A stretch of 61,947 nt of DNA, filler included. It is 5 parts of 5 records of this genome, joined end to end, with 100 filler letters (N's around TTAATTAATTAA, not from the genome) between each part and the next. Parts side by side here need not be neighbours in the genome. Positions count along the whole stretch, not along the records: positions 30,443 to 56,666 come from SRR2962707_1768; positions 56,767 to 61,947 come from SRR2962707_1772; 3 more parts are not named here. One strand, given 5' to 3'. Both the position numbers and the translations under genes were made by a program. The notes beneath the pieces are model-generated. The model saw only the letters and a list, made by a program, of their open reading frames with translations. It made no database searches and was not told the origin of the DNA. This document shows, piece by piece, positions 51,001 to 57,057 of the stretch. The first letter of the stretch is position 1, and each line of letters begins with the position of its first letter.

Positions 51001-51536
51001 CTGAATTTGTGGTGTCATTTAACAACTCTGTTTGTTTGAGAACGGAAGATGGGTCGACTAACCAATTTACTGGTACTGCTATCATACAGTTCGATGAGTT
51101 TAATCTGGCAACAAATTATGAATGGAGAGATTCAAACGGTACGCTGGTAGGAACAGATTCACGATTGATAGATGCATACCCTGGAGATTATACGGTGACC
51201 TTTACCGCAGAAAATGGATGTTCTTACGAAGCTTCATTCACGATAGAAACATCGCTGACAATCTATAATGGAGTATCGGCGAACGCAGATGGTAAAAATG
51301 ACTTCTTCTTGATCGACTGTATAGATTATTTCCCGAATAACAACGTTAAGATCTATAACCGTGCTGGTCAGCGACTTTACGAAGTGGATGGGTACAATAA
51401 CACCGATGTTCGATTTGAAGGGTTCAGTAATGTGGGAGGCGGAGGTCTTCAGTTGCCTACCGGAACGTATTTCTACGTTATCGATTTAGGCAATGGAGAG
51501 GATCCGGTACAAGGATTTTTAGAATTAGTTCGGTAA
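36060..51536 (+). CDS. Giant (~5,160 aa) SprB-like T9SS adhesin with FG-GAP propeller, CARDB-like, lectin-like and LamG domains, dozens of Cys-paired repeats and a type-B CTD
   Basis: Signal peptide from MKSYWK (36060); EICNNGVDDDGDGLIDC; repeats C...G.I......Y.F.W..G....L..G.Y.V...D..TGC; LamG-like WTQVTGTWNG..MKMYANG...FQGTVEELRIFN; CTD IYNGVSANADGKNDFFLI...IYNRAG...LPTGTYFYVIDL. Confidence 0.92.
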   Translation: MKSYWKTVLFSFFFISSILATAQEICNNGVDDDGDGLIDCYDGDCSPTDPDATGVNRTSCEGFFFGNTVLCADEIDVTTFAIRQQWGSEDGSANSHATPMVGDLDGNGIPEVVATNKQARSVFILNGATGATIASTTFGFDPENAPVLGDIDNDEFGEILVSQDQGDDMIMFNHDLSIKWSGKASRNDAIGLPGFADFDENGTVEIYYRNEVVDAATGNIIVAGTNSDWERNFTHGSLAVDIFPASACADCAGLELVSGNEIWSINEAAGTRTLVADMDDDIHDDIASNLNYYPKYYSSWDDQWSSVSAADYNLDGNIDLIITGALGKSNETYNGETTIFFWDVTNGNVITYHDPTNDFVRGPGRVNIGDVDGDGQLNANFVMNQKLYSLDENFNVHWIHPIKEGSSGFTGCSLFDFDGDGAVEVVYRSEESLLIVDGVGNGDNTTSERREIPCISRTQEEYPVIADVDGDGASEICITCYFNNNTPFNPYGNSEFSHVRVFESDGEAWMPARGVWNQHGYYNVNINDDLTIPEEVQDHSIVFSPAGTCEYAGGGTIPYANRPLNTFINQAPILNEDGCVEFASPDIDFIGIVSATDAACPEAEITVEFEITNTGDIGISGNLPVSYYAGDPTAEPSNSILLDTEVTFLTNFEVGETVTITQTIAGIGGDFELFVVINDAGGTPPLDVPLPTASIPECETGNNIQSTLVGFQTFDLTVEKINDNRKCDPAKPDNASARAYYFGPAPGANENIWVENFQDRSNGAKSDTDETAWTSDGGTQSPSFYGVASYNGSNMFRASGTGTSNDVGVVTWTSQEIDISNYTDVGVTVDIFENGDQESSGQWKDWVRVSYELRDGSSNVIESNELGNGYQDGDFTYAQAIVGNLSPDGSAASLVIIAEIHNTSSSEHHYIDNIIVDGTGPSVTAEYTEPDGFVFNWYNDDDYSSPVYVGSQYPQMAEGTYDVIGYYGATECYSDTVEITIDLVTPTIYAWAYEVSSETNCESPDGAVAGFVYTQTTNGTFPANPGSGNFPLDSLYQEDGYTFEWFRTTDATNTIIGTGDTLTNLQAVTGGFTVNVTQNLTGCQTTAIGTVNSSLIKPDADNIDVNVTNIQACDGSQPGIMSASIGGTTAGYTFYWYDGIGVRPTPDHTGATYSVNEPGNYTVVAEDNASGCISDNFKTVVMGDDSNAPILTAREDQPNSTCGLNPTGIAVAAVNGAEGNPGFDYTWFVGVNTIPENEIPSGSFPSASFGAGEWEMTGLREGTYTIIVEETSTGCSDTTSVYIADNFVEPEFVLNNQIDTDDAINLQGQGYVELPQLFGPGNPVTNELTISYWADFTSANYSNDHRTFSSGSTGENQVLLWSDNHDGLAFVVRTSSGGRGRINSAYSATGWTQVTGTWNGTTGEMKMYANGVLIGETNHVGSGVLKNAGPNMFLGRDNNPGYGKFQGTVEELRIFNVALDESTINQYLCTELVGNEPGLVAYYNFNNVAGPAVADGANVPDETGNGHDGTARTSTGSVSTLTADIECPVADAVANTSCGAPNGSVDLSSYITPGGANYTYRLFDGFSTDTELANNNTGLFEGLAGGFYTLTAEDNDTDCITPPVTVSIPDIPDHPNIFTTVTDDPNCGSTGNGSIAVTSSSNSEEPVNGYRYELFDGFNTDPLNFITDDVQPGTGTTFSGLEDGNYRIRVTNEDLTCNSFVDVVVGDDSETPVFAASRTVNDNTGCVDPNGFISVSIDGDPDVNNYIFTWYAGDDPSIDPIEAGPQVGLNSIGGTPPNGLAAGDYTVVAEHVDTGCETVELTLTVNDLPYNPTPVAQQVAPQTDCGTGNGELTAYIDGSADPTLSCINCTESDGFTFEWYLDADLLNDGNPAANGSVPTFPIAGEFSTIEGLVADEYTVIITHTETQCSATESITLAAAQINPIIAFDSKSPNTICNDASTPYTGSITVTSTFDGANFTNDPLADYDWYTGSGVNPLNEIAGQDGPTLSNVQEGFYTVVVRNTETGCSSTSIIEEVVEAHDEPTVSFINNTPNSVCDPVLGTGNYNGSVEVDTDPGVIGGSGDFDFQWFTGAGTTPGQEIGGATLATLSNVQHGMYSVEITDNITGCIISDDIQISDARTNPTLVLGDINVSDVSVCTGAVNFPNGSVTVTTVDGFTSADPEFADYSFQWFTGAGTGSPIGGETSNVLNNRGTGEYTVRAVNDLTGCLSPTRTVEIEESLIDINAAETIQHYTNCVSPNGSIQVTASMASGPAPSGFTFDWFFGSGTSEPLDASDLTDGSNFAITPTGTDQSTASGLEDGTYTVRITNDDTQCTEVFEYDVEENQIIPSLDEVIIAAGVTDNTVCDPAEADGLGNDYNGIIDVAGSVTPTIGGGTSYTFRLFDDTDTEIDAINSPTTTFVNVAPGDYTITAEITNPANGGVGCQSTAAAVTVGNNLTLPDFDLTGNPDVLCSSDNGSIDIDFSGGVPADGFEIEIFTNAGATISQELIGAAITTFPQSSTANLTTGTYHVRFINNTTGCSAIESVFVNEVEDTPTMDPLDVVKSDDTFCNADNGSIAITVDDSNTPNNIGNNPIFRLYQGNSSSGTLLDTQQPGPGTTSHTFSGLAQGTYTVTVERVESGCISNEVTRTVNEVLVTFSPSITEVNQQTSCDLNDPNGEMSADADGGGTVAGYNFQWFRGTSTNPAQEVTAQFATAVVFGTNNSQVRGLPAGTYTVRVTDLTSGCFYTEQATLQNMQVDPAFVGGIGVNDSDQCSPGNGSLTVTVDDAGSPDPNNGATGYTFELFEGTSLIGSPLQSVTRPNSGLPNDEDTFAFTGLSEGDYTIRVTDNSTSCLVVSGTETINYVGPNPTITPEDMDNDPLTLTCFDNDGTLDIDDAISNVPGTYTDDITITWFIGTDTSDVSNLISAQVPGATFANTTMLNNGGSTINVINGLVDNLPAVSYTGVIEFTNGCKFLINTSLSILEQPDVLTSVSTNNTRCDAPYDGEITIDIDPDDGISAVQYEYFVYEGDVAIAPNTDPDGPFTPPLDDPAYGAPVASGLFPDNGTAAGAANASSVTIPNLNSGNYTIGIRIDDADGCITNILSETINDPEEPSVVLNTKSDNTVCDVSGGLFYNGSITVDASHPSLADAADFTWYEDLDDNGTYVALLAGNGSGAGFNVANETENGVTTNTVTGLGAGKYRVIIENNASACEDTLDVEIFDDPLPLDFDDGVATQTDQLDCSGGTNEFGVFNFPTVVEDGIALGAASADGNFDITWEYDSDQDGTFEVTPFTPNNDQNDADDLAPGDYRITIESLTSGCTTEYDFTIEDVSEDPVITLVGSINDNTICDGGPTNPNGSITVQIENQSGVVQNPVNYSIQWYKGSVSGTTRVPQDLEVTATTPTTATTASLVGVDDGNYIVVITDIVPNSESCETESTFFVVEDDLSEIEIQQLEGVDYTIGHQTFCNPDENGIITITNVYVDGAPLDAATGNFQFTWYDDDLGTPISVGTIAGANDQIAQDLPAGTYYTEVLNEDDDCVSELVSFTIDDDRVIPNLQTEQLARDSVCTTTAGSGSVLASVILPGGATDAAGEYTFEWFEGAGNAGDANFSLNGGGGSVTATGFIIGGANGEQVDNLPAGVYEVVVSNNAGGSDGDACSATSQVTVNQFTPVISIATADITIMDNENCSPSPNGSAEVTRVRVTSVNGGTYFIRPTDPEWANLTWEWYDNPTGGAPIDNDELLSNVGLGDGTYYVTISNWSDNGCGMTNRKEVIVDDDISPITITLTEDAPDNFCAPVTAGNGQITASLDINGVAENGAHYTVEWFEGSGFGSAIGATVSGFSLSNNDLTLTDIPDGTYTIRVTKDNTGAGATAPSLECVASAEITLTSDEEEITLEHDVDYTRTPNTVCDDAVVGNFNGGITITDVTEGGAKVGGTAGYSFTWTSEGGAALPAGATGGNTPVLGQVPAGIYEVTIENDARDCFSEIIQIEVEDDFTYPTLALNVTSTNTHCDGAPTLTGAIEATAAGGSGTYTFAWHDGQNPSGGTTTAIIGGVNPVSTASNLDGGFFTVVATDVNTGCTVTETAFVDESLDIPTLDIATIRAAVLPDTLCDTHPDVHSGRITINDGDINDSGTGDLTDYNISITDGGGADVAGSPFNATALTTIEVTNLPADTYSIDALNNTTGCSVATGTVVIQNQERQPLVTLESITPNRNCVGGTLAVGGLTVLVDGVYDHNNQGFLTFLWEDVASGNDVNAEFGVTEDEAVLSGVPAGDYRVIVTNNNTSCSSTRVYTVPDIPVSPIITSSEVNNNTVCAPPAVANGSFVLVEASYDGQLYDNDGASNPIDGVFELEVFTRAGDVQQGGTITNVPYEVTGLVPDDYYAVIRHVGSQCTSAEVDFEIEDNPFFPEITLTIDAADSTCAADPGVIVPGGTLTALADGEDHTNGDYSFQWYEGPTSTIGPGTQLDGSPLANGSVPVGFDESTVSGLATGVYSVEVMQTSTGCTSVAQINVPNVPVEVEIISVDVTDVTSCSPFDGIIDVTGVERSNQPDNLADYSFDFYDENPNNVGATPVFNVPTDGAVFNAASAGTYYIIGTNTVVNCTTPIFQVEVDEDITLPELTNVVSMPQTNCDPGNPDGSMSIFIDDPLTPATDELAPAMPDYTVTWYIGTDTTAANQLQNGVDPGNGSIPAGVSTSIVSGLTGDEFYTFMVIDNATGCALIDTEFLPFQERNFDVTLDIDPVTICSFDNGSITARVGGGFSDYDFYWYNGFVSSPDSTAYDYPLSNGNRLDSIGLGNGNGGNYTVLVVEKGDRYCSVVEFATINERLPEIEYELETSPVTVCFDDKNGFARVTLPDDAGSISHVWYDPDGDSLTNSNAISGLEAGQYRLLLTNSENGCFEEVFFDIFDESVLPNAPTVIVNNGRNNCSFSNGSAIANVDGLTSNFLFEWFDPSNMNTPYATGAEVFNLDSITYLVRATNLATGCESPMTSVEVGYEVVDPEFVVSFNNSVCLRTEDGSTNQFTGTAIIQFDEFNLATNYEWRDSNGTLVGTDSRLIDAYPGDYTVTFTAENGCSYEASFTIETSLTIYNGVSANADGKNDFFLIDCIDYFPNNNVKIYNRAGQRLYEVDGYNNTDVRFEGFSNVGGGGLQLPTGTYFYVIDLGNGEDPVQGFLELVR

Positions 51537-51547
51537 TTTTAGCACCA

Positions 51548-52474
51548 ATGAAAAAGCTAGCAGTCGTATTTTTTCTAATGATTATGGTCAGCTGTGCATT
51601 TGCACAGCAGCGACCGGTCATGTCTACCTATATGTTTAATGGGTTGGCGCTGAACCCGGCCTATGCTGGAAGCTTAAACATTTTAAGTGCGAGCTTTATC
51701 CACAGGAAGCAATGGATCAATGTCGATGGAGCACCCAGATCAAATGTGCTATCTGTTCATAGTTCATTTTATGGTAATCAGATCGGTCTGGGACTACAGG
51801 CAGCTGAGGATGTGATTGGCGTTCATAAGGAATCCTCTATGTATATCAGTGGAGCATACAAAATCAAAACAAGTGCTGGAATTCTGGCCATGGGGCTCTC
51901 AGGAGGTTTTGATAACAGAAGATCAAATTTTGAGGAACTGAACCTCCTAAGAGAGGATGACGAGCTCTTATCCGGTACTCCTACCCGATTCACACCTAAT
52001 TTTGGTACCGGGATCTACTTCGCGAACCCAAGAATGTATGCAGGAGTATCTGTTCCATTTATCCTGGAAAACACACTCTATGAGGTGCAGGCCGAGGATG
52101 GCACCACTACCGAAGGTAGAGAAAGCAGATACTATTACGCGACTGGCGGTGTAATCTTTGACATCAACCCAAATGTGAAATTTAGCCCCTCTGCCCTATT
52201 TAGATACCAAGAGCAAAGCAGAGTTGGCTGGGATCTCAATGCCACAATCATCTTTGACGGCATTGCCTATGCAGGCGTATCCTACAGAAGTGGAGATGCC
52301 CTGGTATTCTTAACACAGCTTATTCTGAATGAAAATTTCAGAATAGGTTACGCTTACGATGCAACAGTAAATGCGTTGGCAAACGAATCTCGAGGTACGC
52401 ACGAAATCATGCTCAACTATCGTGTGAAACTGAGAAATTATAAGAAAGACCCTCAGTGTCCGGTTTACTTCTGA
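51548..52474 (+). CDS. PorP/SprF family T9SS outer-membrane protein
   Basis: YMFNGLALNPAYAG, HRKQW..VDGAP, GVSYR, IGYAYD, GTHEIMLNY; immediately follows the type-B CTD giant protein. Confidence 0.95.
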   Translation: MKKLAVVFFLMIMVSCAFAQQRPVMSTYMFNGLALNPAYAGSLNILSASFIHRKQWINVDGAPRSNVLSVHSSFYGNQIGLGLQAAEDVIGVHKESSMYISGAYKIKTSAGILAMGLSGGFDNRRSNFEELNLLREDDELLSGTPTRFTPNFGTGIYFANPRMYAGVSVPFILENTLYEVQAEDGTTTEGRESRYYYATGGVIFDINPNVKFSPSALFRYQEQSRVGWDLNATIIFDGIAYAGVSYRSGDALVFLTQLILNENFRIGYAYDATVNALANESRGTHEIMLNYRVKLRNYKKDPQCPVYF

Positions 52475-52812
52475 CCTTCCTTGCTGATATCTGAAAGCAA
52501 GGCATTAATCAGTGACAGAAGTAAACTAAAAATTAACGCCCACCAGAAGCCATGAACTTCAAATCCCGGCACGATAGCATCCGCCATCAGGATTATTAGT
52601 GCATTTATCACTAAGAGGAAAAGCCCCAATGTGAAAACCGTTAATGGAATGGTCAATAAGACCAGGAGGGGTTTGACCGAAGCATTCAGAAGGGCTAACA
52701 AAACAGCCACTATTACAGCAGTAATGAAATCATCCACATAAACTCCCGGGAGGAGATATGAAGCAATAATCACTGCAATCGATGAAAGTAAAATTTTAAC
52801 TAGTATATTCAT
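52465..52812 (-). CDS. 4-TM 'phage holin family' membrane protein (YvlD/DUF360-like)
   Basis: LLNASVKPLL..LTIPLT..TLGLFLLVINA, GFWWALIFSL. Confidence 0.88.
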   Translation of the reverse strand: MNILVKILLSSIAVIIASYLLPGVYVDDFITAVIVAVLLALLNASVKPLLVLLTIPLTVFTLGLFLLVINALIILMADAIVPGFEVHGFWWALIFSLLLSLINALLSDISKEGQK

Positions 52813-53330
52813 TTTTCATTTTCTTTAAACCAACCAGCATACATGGTATAATTTCCTGCAATTCTACCAAGCATTTCTTTATTTGCCTCATCCATACTTT
52901 TGAGTTTCTTACCAGGTACCCCTCCATAAACGGAATTTGGCTCCACCACCGTTCCTTCAAGAACTACCGTTCCTGCACCAATAATAGAACCAGAGCCAAT
53001 CACCGCATTATCCAAGACAATTGCTCCTATCCCGATCAATACATTATCCTCTATGGTACAACCATGTACCACCGCATTATGCCCGATTGATACGTTGTTG
53101 CCTATGGTCGTTCCCGCCTTCTTATAGGTTCCATGTATGGTTACATTGTCCTGTATATTGGAGTTGTTACCAATACGGATATAGTTTACGTCTCCTCTCA
53201 CAACCGTATTAAACCAAACAGTGCAATTATCTCCCATCTCCACTTCTCCTACTATAGTACTATTTGGAGCAAACCAACAGTCGCTTCCAAATTTTGGAGC
53301 GTATCCACGCACCTCTTGAATATGAGCCAT
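52809..53330 (-). CDS. Gamma carbonic anhydrase family protein (YrdA-like)
   Basis: Hexapeptide repeats, VVRGDVN, NIQD...H, IGHNAVVHGC. Confidence 0.93.
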   Translation of the reverse strand: MAHIQEVRGYAPKFGSDCWFAPNSTIVGEVEMGDNCTVWFNTVVRGDVNYIRIGNNSNIQDNVTIHGTYKKAGTTIGNNVSIGHNAVVHGCTIEDNVLIGIGAIVLDNAVIGSGSIIGAGTVVLEGTVVEPNSVYGGVPGKKLKSMDEANKEMLGRIAGNYTMYAGWFKENEK

Positions 53331-53393
53331 TTTTTCTTTTAAAACTAAATAAAATCAATTCCATAAGTGCTGACAAAATGTCATTACACTTTC

Positions 53394-53401
53394 TATCTTT
53401 G
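53394..53401 (+). promoter_or_regulatory. Bacteroidota -7 promoter element; miaB probably leaderless
   Basis: TATCTTTG separated by only 4 nt from the ATG at 53406. Confidence 0.65.
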
Positions 53402-53405
53402 CAGC

Positions 53406-54863
53406 ATGCAAGGATTGATAGCAGATATAGATTTACTGGAAGAAGAGAAAAATCAACCTGAATCGTGCGATTTTAAAACGACAGAGGACGATGGTGTTGC
53501 AGCAAAAAGAAGGCTGTATATAGAAAGCTATGGCTGTCAGATGAATTTTTCTGATAGCGAGATCGTGACTTCCATCTTGAAGAAAGAAGGATTTGGAACC
53601 ACCTCATCGCCGGAGCATGCAGATGTAATTCTGATCAACACCTGCTCCATTCGTGAAAAGGCTGAGCAAACAGTTCGCAATCGCCTGAATTTCTTCAACG
53701 GTGTGAAAAAGAAGAATCGGGAAGTAACCGTAGGTGTGTTAGGCTGTATGGCCGAACGCCTGAAGTCAAAACTTCTGGAAGAAGAAAAAATCGTAGACCT
53801 GGTATTAGGTCCCGATGCATATCGTGATCTTCCAAAACTTGTAAAGCAGGCAGAAGAGGGAGAAAAAGGCATCAATACATTTTTATCCCGAGAAGAAACA
53901 TATGCAGACATCTCACCTGTCCGTCTTAATTCAAATGGTGTCAGCGCTTTTATTTCGATCATGCGTGGATGTGACAATATGTGCTCATTCTGTGTGGTTC
54001 CGTTCACCAGGGGACGAGAAAGAAGCCGGGACCCCCACTCCATTGTAAAAGAAGCTCAGGAACTTTTCGATAAGGGATATCGGGAGGTGACACTGCTCGG
54101 ACAGAATGTAGATTCATATAAGTGGTCGCCAGTTGAAAACAATAAGGCTCGCTTAAACAAAAAAGATGAGGTTGAAGAGATCATCAACTTCGCAAACCTC
54201 ATAGAAATGGTGGCAAAAGTAAACCCTGATTTACGGGTTAGGTTCTCTACTTCCCATCCAAAAGACATCACAGATGAGGTACTTCACACAATGAAGAAGT
54301 ACAAAAACATCTGCAACTACATTCACCTGCCGGCCCAAAGTGGAAATTCACGAGTGCTGGAATTAATGAATAGAACGTATGATCGAGAGTGGTATATCAA
54401 TCGAGTAGACGCAATCAGAGAAATACTTGGTGAAGAGTGTGGGATCAGTTCAGACATGATTGCCGGATTCTGTACTGAAACAGAAGAAGAGCATAAGGAA
54501 ACACTTACGCTCATGGATTATGTAAAGTATGATTTCTCTTACATGTTTTTCTATTCAGAACGACCGGGCACCCTGGCAGCAAAGAAATATGAAGATGACA
54601 TCCCTTTGGAAGTGAAAAAACGCAGACTTCAGGAGATCATCGATAAGCAAAGGGAGTTGTCGCTGGAAAGAAATAAACTTGATATTGGGAAGACATTCGA
54701 GGTGTTAGTAGAGGGAACAAGCAAACGTTCAAAAGAAAAAATGCAAGGAAGAAATTCCGCAAATAAAGTAATCATCTTTGAAGCAAACGTACCAAAAGGA
54801 ACCTATGTGAATGTGCAAGTCACCGATTGTACACCAGCCACTCTGTTTGGTAAAGTAATATGA
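53406..54863 (+). CDS. miaB: tRNA-2-methylthio-N6-dimethylallyladenosine synthase MiaB
   Basis: [23 protein letters not shown], radical-SAM [26 protein letters not shown]-terminal TRAM domain. Confidence 0.97.
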   Translation: MQGLIADIDLLEEEKNQPESCDFKTTEDDGVAAKRRLYIESYGCQMNFSDSEIVTSILKKEGFGTTSSPEHADVILINTCSIREKAEQTVRNRLNFFNGVKKKNREVTVGVLGCMAERLKSKLLEEEKIVDLVLGPDAYRDLPKLVKQAEEGEKGINTFLSREETYADISPVRLNSNGVSAFISIMRGCDNMCSFCVVPFTRGRERSRDPHSIVKEAQELFDKGYREVTLLGQNVDSYKWSPVENNKARLNKKDEVEEIINFANLIEMVAKVNPDLRVRFSTSHPKDITDEVLHTMKKYKNICNYIHLPAQSGNSRVLELMNRTYDREWYINRVDAIREILGEECGISSDMIAGFCTETEEEHKETLTLMDYVKYDFSYMFFYSERPGTLAAKKYEDDIPLEVKKRRLQEIIDKQRELSLERNKLDIGKTFEVLVEGTSKRSKEKMQGRNSANKVIIFEANVPKGTYVNVQVTDCTPATLFGKVI

Positions 54864-56143
54864 GTTTAAAAATTGATTCGGAAGTTCAGGCGATAAAACA
54901 GCGCTTTGAAATTGTTGGGAATTCCGGCAAACTCAATAATGCAATTCGTGTAGCCATGCAGGTCGCCCCAACAGATATGAGCGTGCTGATCACGGGTGAA
55001 AGCGGAGCTGGAAAAGAATCCTTTTCGAAAATCATTCACAGTCTCTCCCATCGAAAACACGGGCAGTTCATCGCTATAAACTGTGGTGCAATTCCGGAAG
55101 GAACAATCGATTCCGAGCTATTCGGTCATGAGAAAGGCGCCTTTACCGGAGCTACCGGAGATAGAAAAGGCTACTTTGAAGTTACCGATAGTGGGACGAT
55201 TTTCCTTGATGAGATTGGCGAAATGCCTCAAAGTACACAAGCTCGTTTGCTTCGTGTGTTAGAGAATGGCGAATTCATAAAAGTCGGCTCCTCTAAAGTC
55301 CAGAAAACAGATGTTCGAGTCATCGCTGCAACAAACGTAGATCTACTGGATGCCGTAAATAAGGGGAAGTTTAGAGAAGACCTGTATTACAGACTTAGCA
55401 CAGTTCCCATTTATGTGCCCGCTTTAAGGGAGCGCGGAGATGATGTGTTGTTATTGTTCAGGAAATTCGCATATGATTTTTCTGAAAATTATAAGACAGA
55501 GCCGATCAAGCTGACAGAAGAAGCTCAGGAGTATTTAAAATCTCACAGATTCCCGGGAAATATCCGTCAATTGAAAAACCTGGTGGAGCAAATTAGTGTA
55601 CTTAGCGTGGAAAGGGAGATTTCGCTCGATCAGCTGCAAACTTATTTACCTCGAACAGGCAGTAGCCTTCCTGCGCTTATCAATAAGCAAGAGTCCAAAG
55701 ACAATTTCACAGAACGAGATATTCTGTACAAGGTGCTGTTTGATATGAAGTCCGATATGGCCGAGCTTAAAAAGCTGGTATTTAAGATGCTCGATGGAGA
55801 TGATAGCGATAAAGAAATTCTTGAGGATCATAAATCGCTTTTCAAAAATATAGATTCATCTCATGCCCGATTGGAGGAGTATCGCGAAGAAAGGGTTGAA
55901 CCAAAAGAGGAACCAACACTGGTCATTTCATCAAACCAGGATGACTATGATTCAGAAGTTGAGGACATTACCCACGAAATGGAACTGGAAGATTCTCTTT
56001 CGTTAGAAAAGAAAGAAAAAGAACTGATAATCAAAGCCTTAAGAAAAAATAACAATAAGCGTAAATATGCAGCTGAAGATCTCGGTATTTCGGAACGAAC
56101 TTTGTACAGGAAGATAAAACAATATGAACTTGAGAACCTTTAG
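54860..56143 (+). CDS. Sigma-54-interacting AAA+ transcriptional regulator with Fis-type HTH
   Basis: [23 protein letters not shown]-like ([15 protein letters not shown]), [27 protein letters not shown]. Confidence 0.95.
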   Translation: MSLKIDSEVQAIKQRFEIVGNSGKLNNAIRVAMQVAPTDMSVLITGESGAGKESFSKIIHSLSHRKHGQFIAINCGAIPEGTIDSELFGHEKGAFTGATGDRKGYFEVTDSGTIFLDEIGEMPQSTQARLLRVLENGEFIKVGSSKVQKTDVRVIAATNVDLLDAVNKGKFREDLYYRLSTVPIYVPALRERGDDVLLLFRKFAYDFSENYKTEPIKLTEEAQEYLKSHRFPGNIRQLKNLVEQISVLSVEREISLDQLQTYLPRTGSSLPALINKQESKDNFTERDILYKVLFDMKSDMAELKKLVFKMLDGDDSDKEILEDHKSLFKNIDSSHARLEEYREERVEPKEEPTLVISSNQDDYDSEVEDITHEMELEDSLSLEKKEKELIIKALRKNNNKRKYAAEDLGISERTLYRKIKQYELENL

Positions 56144-56651
56144 TCTTATTCTTTTACTCCTGTCAATTGGTTTGAGCAGTGGGTGCGGTGTTTACTCATT
56201 TACAGGTGCTACGATAGGACCTGAAACTAAAACCATTACCATCTCGACATTCTATAATAATGCGCCACTGGGACCCTCTAACATGAGCGTACTCTTTACC
56301 GAGAACATCAAAGATTACTTTCAGCAGAACACGAGTCTGGAATTAGTGGACAACAACGGAGATTTGCAAATAGATGGATATATATCCAATTACACCATTA
56401 CACCGGTTGCTGCGACTTCAGGAAACCAGGGGCAGGCTGATTTTTCAGCCCTCTCAAGAATCACCATAACTGTCTCTGCCACATATACTAACGTCAACGA
56501 CCCTACGTTCGATTTCGACAAAACCTTCTCTTTTTTCAAGGATTTTGATAATAACACAACCGATCTGGCGGCCAATGAAGAAGCCTTTGTTGAAGAAATA
56601 TTTGACCAAATTGTTTTAGATATCTTCAATGCGTCCGTGGCAAATTGGTGA
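56124..56651 (+). CDS. lptE: LptE family lipoprotein
   Basis: Lipobox SGC-GVYSFTGA, GDLQIDGYI, RITITV, IFNASVANW; usual Bacteroidota miaB-sigma54 regulator-lptE order. Confidence 0.8.
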   Translation: MNLRTFSLILLLLSIGLSSGCGVYSFTGATIGPETKTITISTFYNNAPLGPSNMSVLFTENIKDYFQQNTSLELVDNNGDLQIDGYISNYTITPVAATSGNQGQADFSALSRITITVSATYTNVNDPTFDFDKTFSFFKDFDNNTTDLAANEEAFVEEIFDQIVLDIFNASVANW

Positions 56652-56666
56652 TTTTGCTTAATTTTA

Positions 56667-56766
56667 NNNNNNNNNNNNNNNNNNNNNNNNNNNNNNNNNN
56701 NNNNNNNNNNTTAATTAATTAANNNNNNNNNNNNNNNNNNNNNNNNNNNNNNNNNNNNNNNNNNNN
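56667..56766. other. Artificial contig-joining linker
   Basis: 44 N + TTAATTAATTAA + 44 N. Confidence 0.98.
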
Positions 56767-56797
56767 TCACGAACTCACGAACTCACTGACGAACTCG
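56767..56797 (+). repeat. Short tandem repeat (TCACGAAC)n upstream of the TBC gene
   Basis: TCACGAAC TCACGAAC TCAC TGACGAAC TC at the contig start. Confidence 0.6.
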
Positions 56798-57057
56798 CAA
56801 AGCATGCAGCAGAAGGACAGACTTTGAGGCAACGCTCTCAGGTAGGCAGGCAATATGATGTTATGTTGTGTTGTTGTTGTTGTTTTTTGCTGATTTTTGC
56901 TCTTCATTCCTGTGCTTTAACAAACATCAACTGCGTCTTACTACCTGGAGAACACCGAAGCAAGCCACGGAACAATAATCGAAAGTTGTTCAATCTCTAG
57001 GCTTCCTGTTGAGCTGTTTGCAGCAACAACAGCTGAATCAACAACAACGACGACGCC

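Noticed and set aside
36060-51536. CRISPR array, DGR template/variable repeat or Rhs toxin within the giant ORF
   Set aside because: The repeats are visible only at protein level and are highly diverged; I saw no near-identical DNA repeats, YD/Rhs core, cas genes or reverse transcriptase
52465-52812. Holin as evidence of a prophage
   Set aside because: This 4-TM family is commonly chromosomal in Bacteroidota; the neighbours are housekeeping genes and no phage genes are present
6383-56766. Bacterial island horizontally transferred into a eukaryotic chromosome
   Set aside because: Every eukaryote/bacterium boundary is an identical artificial N-linker; no real junction is visible
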